NCBI GenBank assembly: GCA_000320545.1
Contig: ADNK01000872.1
Coordinates: forward strand, 27,480 to 91,479
Length of the DNA stretch: 64,000 nucleotides
Source: Bigelowiella natans CCMP2755
Lineage: Eukaryota > Protista > Cercozoa
Direction: 5' to 3'
Shown: positions 57,998 to 64,000 of the stretch, one piece after another
How positions within the stretch are numbered: position 1 is the first letter of the stretch
Layout of the letters: every line of letters begins with the position of its first letter
Notes under the pieces: model-generated
The model's database searches: none
Told to the model about the DNA's origin: nothing
What the model saw: only the letters and a program-made list of their open reading frames with translations
Program-made: the position numbers and the translations under genes

Positions 57998-60900
57998 CTA
58001 GTCCGATAAAGATATGCTGAAACCTGGGAAGTCATATCCTCTGTTTTTAATACGTTCGCCTCCTTTTCCATTCTCATCTTTGATCACCTCCCATCCTGAT
58101 AAAATGGATAGATTACGTGTGCTATATCTTCCTATCTTTCCAACATCTAGAACAAACAAGTCAGCTCAAAACTAGTTTCCCTAAACTTGCGATTGGTGTT
58201 TGTTAGACTCGGAACCTCTTCGATCGATTTCATTCAGAAATTCTCGACAAATTGTTAGAGCTAAGTCCTTTCCCGGGCACCTTGAAGATGAGATAAACTG
58301 TAAGGATGATGTGGCCTACCGTCAATGATTAAGATACATCTACCTTCGAGTAGATCCTCCAAATTCCGCAAATGCTGCTAAGTTAAGTTCGTACTGAGAT
58401 CTATCCCGTAGTTTGAAGGCTTGTGCATTTGTTCCCCACACCTCAACAAATTTAAGAACAATTCACCACTCTGATGGTTGCTGTATGAGGTCAAGAATCA
58501 AATACTATGAGTATCTGACTGCTATATGATGCACTTATTCACCCCTATATAAAATATCAACATGTATACTACCATGACAACCAAATCATAAGTACCTTCT
58601 CTTGGCGGAATGCAGATCCCAAGGCCAGAACTTCACGCTTTTCATCCCGAGTGTATGGAACCTACAATATAATCAACAAACATCCAACATTATGCATTAA
58701 TCTATGAAACGGTGATCCCGACGATATTTGCTCATCATTGGTCGAAGCAGGATAAATTATGATGTCCTAGTTACCTCTGAGACTGCTGGATACAAACGTG
58801 AAGTTTCCTGGATCAAAATATCTAATTTTGATAGATCGATTTTGTAGGCCCCACTGCTGCCTGGTGGATGCTGTTTGAGAGCCTCCTCTGCCTCACCGTT
58901 AGCAATCTAGAATAGTAAAAGAACAAGAAGTGCTTTAAGGGAATAATAGAGTAAGATAATGCGTTTGTTAATCAAAAGCAATAATTTATATGCAGATTAT
59001 GTAATCATGATGCTGGAGCTAATACCGTAGTAAATGATATTAATGGTAATGCGATGAAGACGATGATGATGATTATGGTGACGATGATGATAAAGAGGTG
59101 AGGATGATGATTGTTGACCACAGCTAAGCAGTGATGCAGTAACGTTGGCACACCCAGTCCTGGTATTCAAATTTACAAAAGCAACAATACGATTAGTATT
59201 CACAAAGTAACAGGTATGTCTACTGTGCCAAAAAATAAATGTGTGCTGGCACGTGGGTTGCATGTATTTTTAATCCTCCATGCATATCTTCTGTAACCAT
59301 GTTGGAACACCAACCTCCAGCAAACGTCAACGCGTCGAGCACCCCCCATGCAATACGAGAAATATCTTCTTCTACTTCTCTTTTGTGATTCATTATAATC
59401 AGCTGCTTGATTCGCTTTAGGTACATCTACATAAGAAATATTCTCAGAGGAGGGAGGGATGCATTAGGGTTAGCATAATATACTACTGCTACTTCTACAT
59501 GCACTACCTGATTTTTCTCCTGAATAGCACTCACTAAACCAGGCATGAAGTACGTCGCAAACCTGTTGCACAAGTGATAGATATTGAGAGAAGGAGAAGG
59601 AGGATCAGGGGGAGGAAGAAGGATATGGAGGGGGGAGAGAAGGGGAAGGAGGATCTGGAGGAGGAGGAGGAAGGAAAATGGCTTCAATGAAAACATCATC
59701 ATCGCGTAGTATGTTATCCAGTGTTGGTTTTAGTACGTAGCGAACATATGCACACCATCCTACTTTGGTAGTAACGAAACCATCAAGCGTTTTTTTTGGT
59801 ACGCCGCGAAATCTCGTGCTTCATCAATGGTCATGTTATCGCCCTGTAGGGTTGAGTGCACACAACAACGCTAATATGATGAGGAAGAAGGACACTACTT
59901 TTAATTATATACATGTACCATCCAGTGATTGAACAGGAGCTGAACACAAAAGACCACTAGATCGTCGCGAATATGGATAATCTGATTAGAATTTTTAGAG
60001 AATTTTTTAATTCAACCAGATTCAGTTGGATGACAACATGGAAGATGAAACCTTTTGATTTTGCAGTATTTTGCGAATATCCTTTGATAAGCTCGCCTCT
60101 GTGTCACAAGCAATGGATCATCTAAGCTATTGTCGATATGGCCGAATGATAAATACCGTTCCACTTTCTTTTATCTCCGGACAGCGTTTCGTCAAAGAAA
60201 GGACGCATCTTACGCAGTTTGATGAAGAAGGGATTATTATAACACCAGGATAATGTGGGGTTGGTTCTGAAACTAGTGGCGATTGTAGGTAGGCAATGAG
60301 TAGTTTAAACCACCATAATTTAGGCTGAACTACCTTCGTATGAAAGTTTTTGTTGGCCCCGAGAGCAATCTGTTTTTCAACGGAGACATTAGTCACATAC
60401 ACATAACAATTGAACTAACTTGCCAATTCGTGTACCGTGCCGTACAACATAGCCGCATCATTGAGCACAAACGCTCCAAGAAAATTTCCCGATCCAATCT
60501 AGATATGATTGGTCATCGTAATGTATGTCAAAGATTGTAACCCCTTGCGTGATGATTTGACGTTGTGGTTTGCTTGCCTCTGCAGCGTCTCGCCCGTACT
60601 CTCCCATACGCTCACGGATTTCCGAAGTATCAGTGTACACCGTTGCGTTAAAGATATCAAATGGCCCCCTTCATACGTATATATGTATACCAAATACATA
60701 CAGTATGGGATAAGGAGTCAAACAGATATTATCATTCATTCGAGTAGACATCAATCTAGTATCCACCGATTTCCTGCAGACACGATATTGCTCTGATAAA
60801 GACCCTGTTAAGTTATAAATTCTTTAGAACTTCGATCCCTTGCAAAATTCATCAAACATAAAATAATATATCTGCTTACCTCCCCCGCGCTCAAGAGTTT

Positions 60901-61077
60901 GAAAACGTGAAAATAGTACGTTATCGTAGGTTTCGTCACCATGACTAAAACAGCTACTAGTATAACCTGATTTTATGAGGAGCTGTTGGTATTGTCTCCA
61001 AAATCTTTAAATTTCATCTATCTATCCATATACACAACCATAATGGCAGTCCCAAGACTCTTTAAACCAACGCTCAT
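57998..61077 (-). CDS. Atypical cytochrome P450 (CYP74-clan-like), multi-exon
   Basis: Spliced I-helix VLDALTFAG|GLGVPTLL, K-helix QETSRLYPAV (ExxR), VWGTNAQAFKLR, heme loop FAEFGGSTR|RCPGKDLA (Cys codon 58277-58279). N-terminal exons are less certain. Confidence 0.8.
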
Positions 61078-61760
61078 CTTCCCTCTGTCTGTCAATAATT
61101 GATGAAGCCGTTGTGATCTGGGTGCTTTTTCAGCCCTGCGTGGTGGCCATGTTGTATTCCAGCATCAGGATTGTCCTCCAAACATGCCATTTATACTCAT
61201 GCGACAACTAAGATCATTGTCTCCTATTATAAACCTAACAAGATTTCCTTAATATCGATACCCTTATCTCTAAATTTTGGATCTATTTGTGCTGTTTCTG
61301 TCTCTGCGTCAAAAAGAATATCATGTCGCAGTTATTAAAGGGTGGAATATCAGTCATTTATGCTACTTAATCACAATATCTGATACGACATGAATTAAAG
61401 TATTGACGCATCTAAGGATCGGCTTGTATTTTTACTGTTATTTATTATTATTATTATTGTTCCAAGCACCTCCTGCTGTGCTGTTTGTGATCCCGTGTCA
61501 TTCATTTATTTATTACCCGTAGCAGCAACCAAGGGCCGGAGGAGAGGAGGAGCGAACCGTGCATATTATTGTCACTATCTGTCTCTCCATTAAATCTAGA
61601 GCTCTCATTATCTCACTGAAGTGGAAGAAGACAAAGAAGAAGAAGAAGAAGAAGAAGAAGAAGGAGAAGGCCCCAGCAACTAACCAACCAACCAACCAGC
61701 CAGGCAGGAGGCAGGAGCGACTGTAGAGGAACGTGGAGCAAATAAAAGCATAGTAGACAG

Positions 61761-62960
61761 ATGGAAGACATTGGATCACAGCAGCATATCAATCATCATG
61801 ACGAAACTGTCAGGGAAGAATCGAAGAATACGAATATGCTGAAAGAGAGCATGCAAGAGGAGGATACTACCTGCACGTCTAAGTGCGTTCACCGGCTTCG
61901 TGTTCAGCTCACCCTCAAGGAGGTTTATAATCTCGCAGTCGGTGCACGTTGGTTATGATGTCTACTTGAATTACTTTAAACCGGGGGGTTATTACAGAAC
62001 GCCGCTACACTACTTCCTTTTCTTTCTTTTTTCTGTATTTTTCTTCTTTTTTTTCTTCTTCTTGTTCTTATCCATAAACCGTGCTTCGGACTGATGAAAA
62101 TGAACGTTGCGTTGTCAGGTTCAAGATTTTGGAGAGTGGCGATTAGGCAACATATATATTTGGCTTACTATTAGAGTTTTCAATGCGGCTTACACAACGG
62201 CGGTATGTTTCGAAATCGTCCATCTACCCGATCTTTGAAACATATTATTCCTCTCTTTTCTCATCATGTTTATAGATACTTGTATGGGGTATAGCAATCA
62301 CGGCTAGAACTGTGAATGGACCTTGGTGGCCGATATACGTGAGTAACAGTTGGAACTCAAGAATGCTCTAATATCTTGATGGCTGCTGCATAGTTTTATG
62401 AACTATAATTCATTATTTATTCAGCTTACAAACTGGACTCTGGTGCTTTTGACAGCATACTTTTGGTGTGCTGTTTTAAGCACAATAGTTGCTCTTCGGT
62501 GCCAAAACATTGTCATTGAGTACACCCCCAATGTTTTCATGGTAACTTGGCATCTTCAAAATGTTTGCTTAGGGTAATTGCTGTACATGTAGCATATAAT
62601 CCACAATCACGTTGGTTCAGAATACCGTTGCTTCAATATGGCTTATTTCGATTCAGAGGAACGATGGCCGTATTCGCCCTCTTTTGGTTGCTTGTGTATA
62701 CCGGTGGAACCCCGAGGGCATGGGATGTACATGCTCACGGAGTGAACTGGGTACTCATGTTGTGTGACCGCTTCTTTACAAAACAACCAGCATACTATAT
62801 TCACTTCTACCAACTCCAAATATATGCATTGGTAAGAGCCTCAGCATCTCTTTGTGCCCGCATAATCTCTGTTTCAAATTTGAATGTGTTTTTTAGGTGT
62901 ATGTACTATTCTCCATTATTCACAATTATTCTGGGATTGATAATGGAGCTGCTGATGGCA
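61761..62960 (+). CDS. Rolling-stone (rost)/FAR-17a-AIG1-like multi-pass membrane protein; 3' exon(s) not located, may extend past the window
   Basis: WPIY|LTNWTLVLLTAYF, ALFWLLVY, DVHAHGVNWVLMLCD, YVLFSIIH. Confidence 0.75.
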
Positions 62961-63142
62961 GTAAGTGTTTATGTCATTGAATTATATTATCAGTTTTTTT
63001 GCTTCATTTTATGTGGAGATGATAGAGAAAAAGGGACCAAAAATTGAATACATACCTTGCGTAGACGTGCATTCCCAAATGTCGATATTCACATACGTCT
63101 TTATATTATAGTATTATAGTTGTATTAAAATATTCTTTTTCC

Positions 63143-63182
<40 letters not shown>

Positions 63183-63426
63183 CCTCTTCTTTGTATGTGC
63201 GTACATGTGTGTGTGTGTGTGTGTGTGGGAGGGGGGGGAGGGCGGGCAGCCACTTATAACATTGCTGGGGGGGGGTATGATTCCAAGGCTACTGCCACCC
63301 ATTTCGTAACCAAATGATGGTTGTGGGGGGCTGAGAATATTCGTGGGGAAATAGGCCTCTATCTTTTTATATAGGAGGGGGTTTCTAATGCTGAAGTGTC
63401 CGCGACCAATCACTTCCTGAATTCAC

Positions 63427-63494
63427 ATGAGGACTGTGATAACTAATCAATGTCATCACTCATTCAAAAAACCTGTCCAGTGGGTAAACACTGA
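63427..63494 (+). ncRNA. Candidate C/D box snoRNA
   Basis: ATGAGGA (C-like) ... CTGA (D) with ttca/tgaa terminal stem; AGTGGGTAAACA next to D is near-antisense to conserved LSU UGUUCACCCACU (1 mismatch; rRNA sequence recalled from memory). Confidence 0.4.
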
Positions 63495-63551
63495 CATGAA
63501 ATTGCCAACCTTTATTTTGTACTTCTGGTGTAAGCACTTTTGCCTGCCCCC

Positions 63552-63624
63552 ATGATGAAAAGGGATTGTGGGAATTCTAGATAATTGCTTTGCCCTTAGG
63601 CCGAAAACCTGTAGGACTGTCTGA
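63552..63624 (+). ncRNA. Candidate C/D box snoRNA
   Basis: Perfect C box ATGATGA and D box CTGA spanning 73 nt; AGGGATTGTGGGAAT is near-antisense to conserved LSU AUUCCCACUGUCCCU (2 mismatches; rRNA sequence recalled from memory). Confidence 0.42.
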
Positions 63625-64000
63625 TGTGTTTTGTGGAAAGGGTCGCCCCCCCTCTGGGGCGTGATAACTGTTCTGCTGTCTTAGCTCCCCTCACAATCTT
63701 TCATTAGGTGGTATTGCGACAATGATCAATCTATAAGAACTTTAAATTTAAATGCCCCATGTAATTTTCCACAATAATTGCTGATGACTACCGAAAAAAC
63801 CACACCCCCGAAGAATAGTCGGGGGACTCCCGGTATGAAATTCATTCGGGGATTTCGGCATGAAATCCCTGGAAAGATTGGTTGAAACCATTATAGATGC
63901 TGAGCTGCCTAAGCAACAAGAGTGGCCAAAAGATCAGCCTTCACCCGAACGGTACCCGACCGAGTACTAACGTAAATCGGAACGGATTATGCGTCGAATG

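Noticed and set aside
61040-61200. In-frame TGA followed by Cys (MFGGQS*CWN) upstream of the P450, a possible selenocysteine
   Set aside because: No selenoprotein motif or SECIS seen; a different frame starting at ATG 61077 splices cleanly into the downstream exons.
63270-63790. Degenerate rDNA pseudogene on the minus strand
   Set aside because: The rRNA-like matches are short and not colinear with rRNA order.

Overview
Gene-dense, intron-rich eukaryotic nuclear DNA (GT-AG introns, many microsatellites). Two N-termini look like signal peptide plus Arg/Ser-rich transit peptide, suggesting an alga with a secondary plastid, plausibly a chlorarachniophyte (inference only). I hand-spliced about 15 genes, mostly in alternating orientation: a partial plastid-targeted gene, an MST/Hippo-type STE20 kinase with a SARAH-like tail, a SURP + SRI-like protein, CDC27/APC3, a small plastid membrane protein, NSUN5, a Cys-rich type I membrane protein, COMMD1-like, AP-1 mu, a degenerate UBA1-like pseudo-E1, beta-COP, a GT32 glycosyltransferase, a Clu-domain/LRR fusion, an RJL GTPase, an atypical CYP74-like P450 and a rolling-stone-like membrane protein. 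The most striking unexplained structure is a class of 0.5-1.3 kb zones rich in palindromic tetramers (CATG/CTAG/TGCA) with recurring 11-12-mers, lying downstream of gene 3' ends and absent from divergent promoters. Other leads are the pseudo-E1 with inserted domains, the P450 lacking the oxygen-activation motif and a possible C/D snoRNA cluster near 63.3-63.8 kb. Exon boundaries were read by eye and no database search was run.
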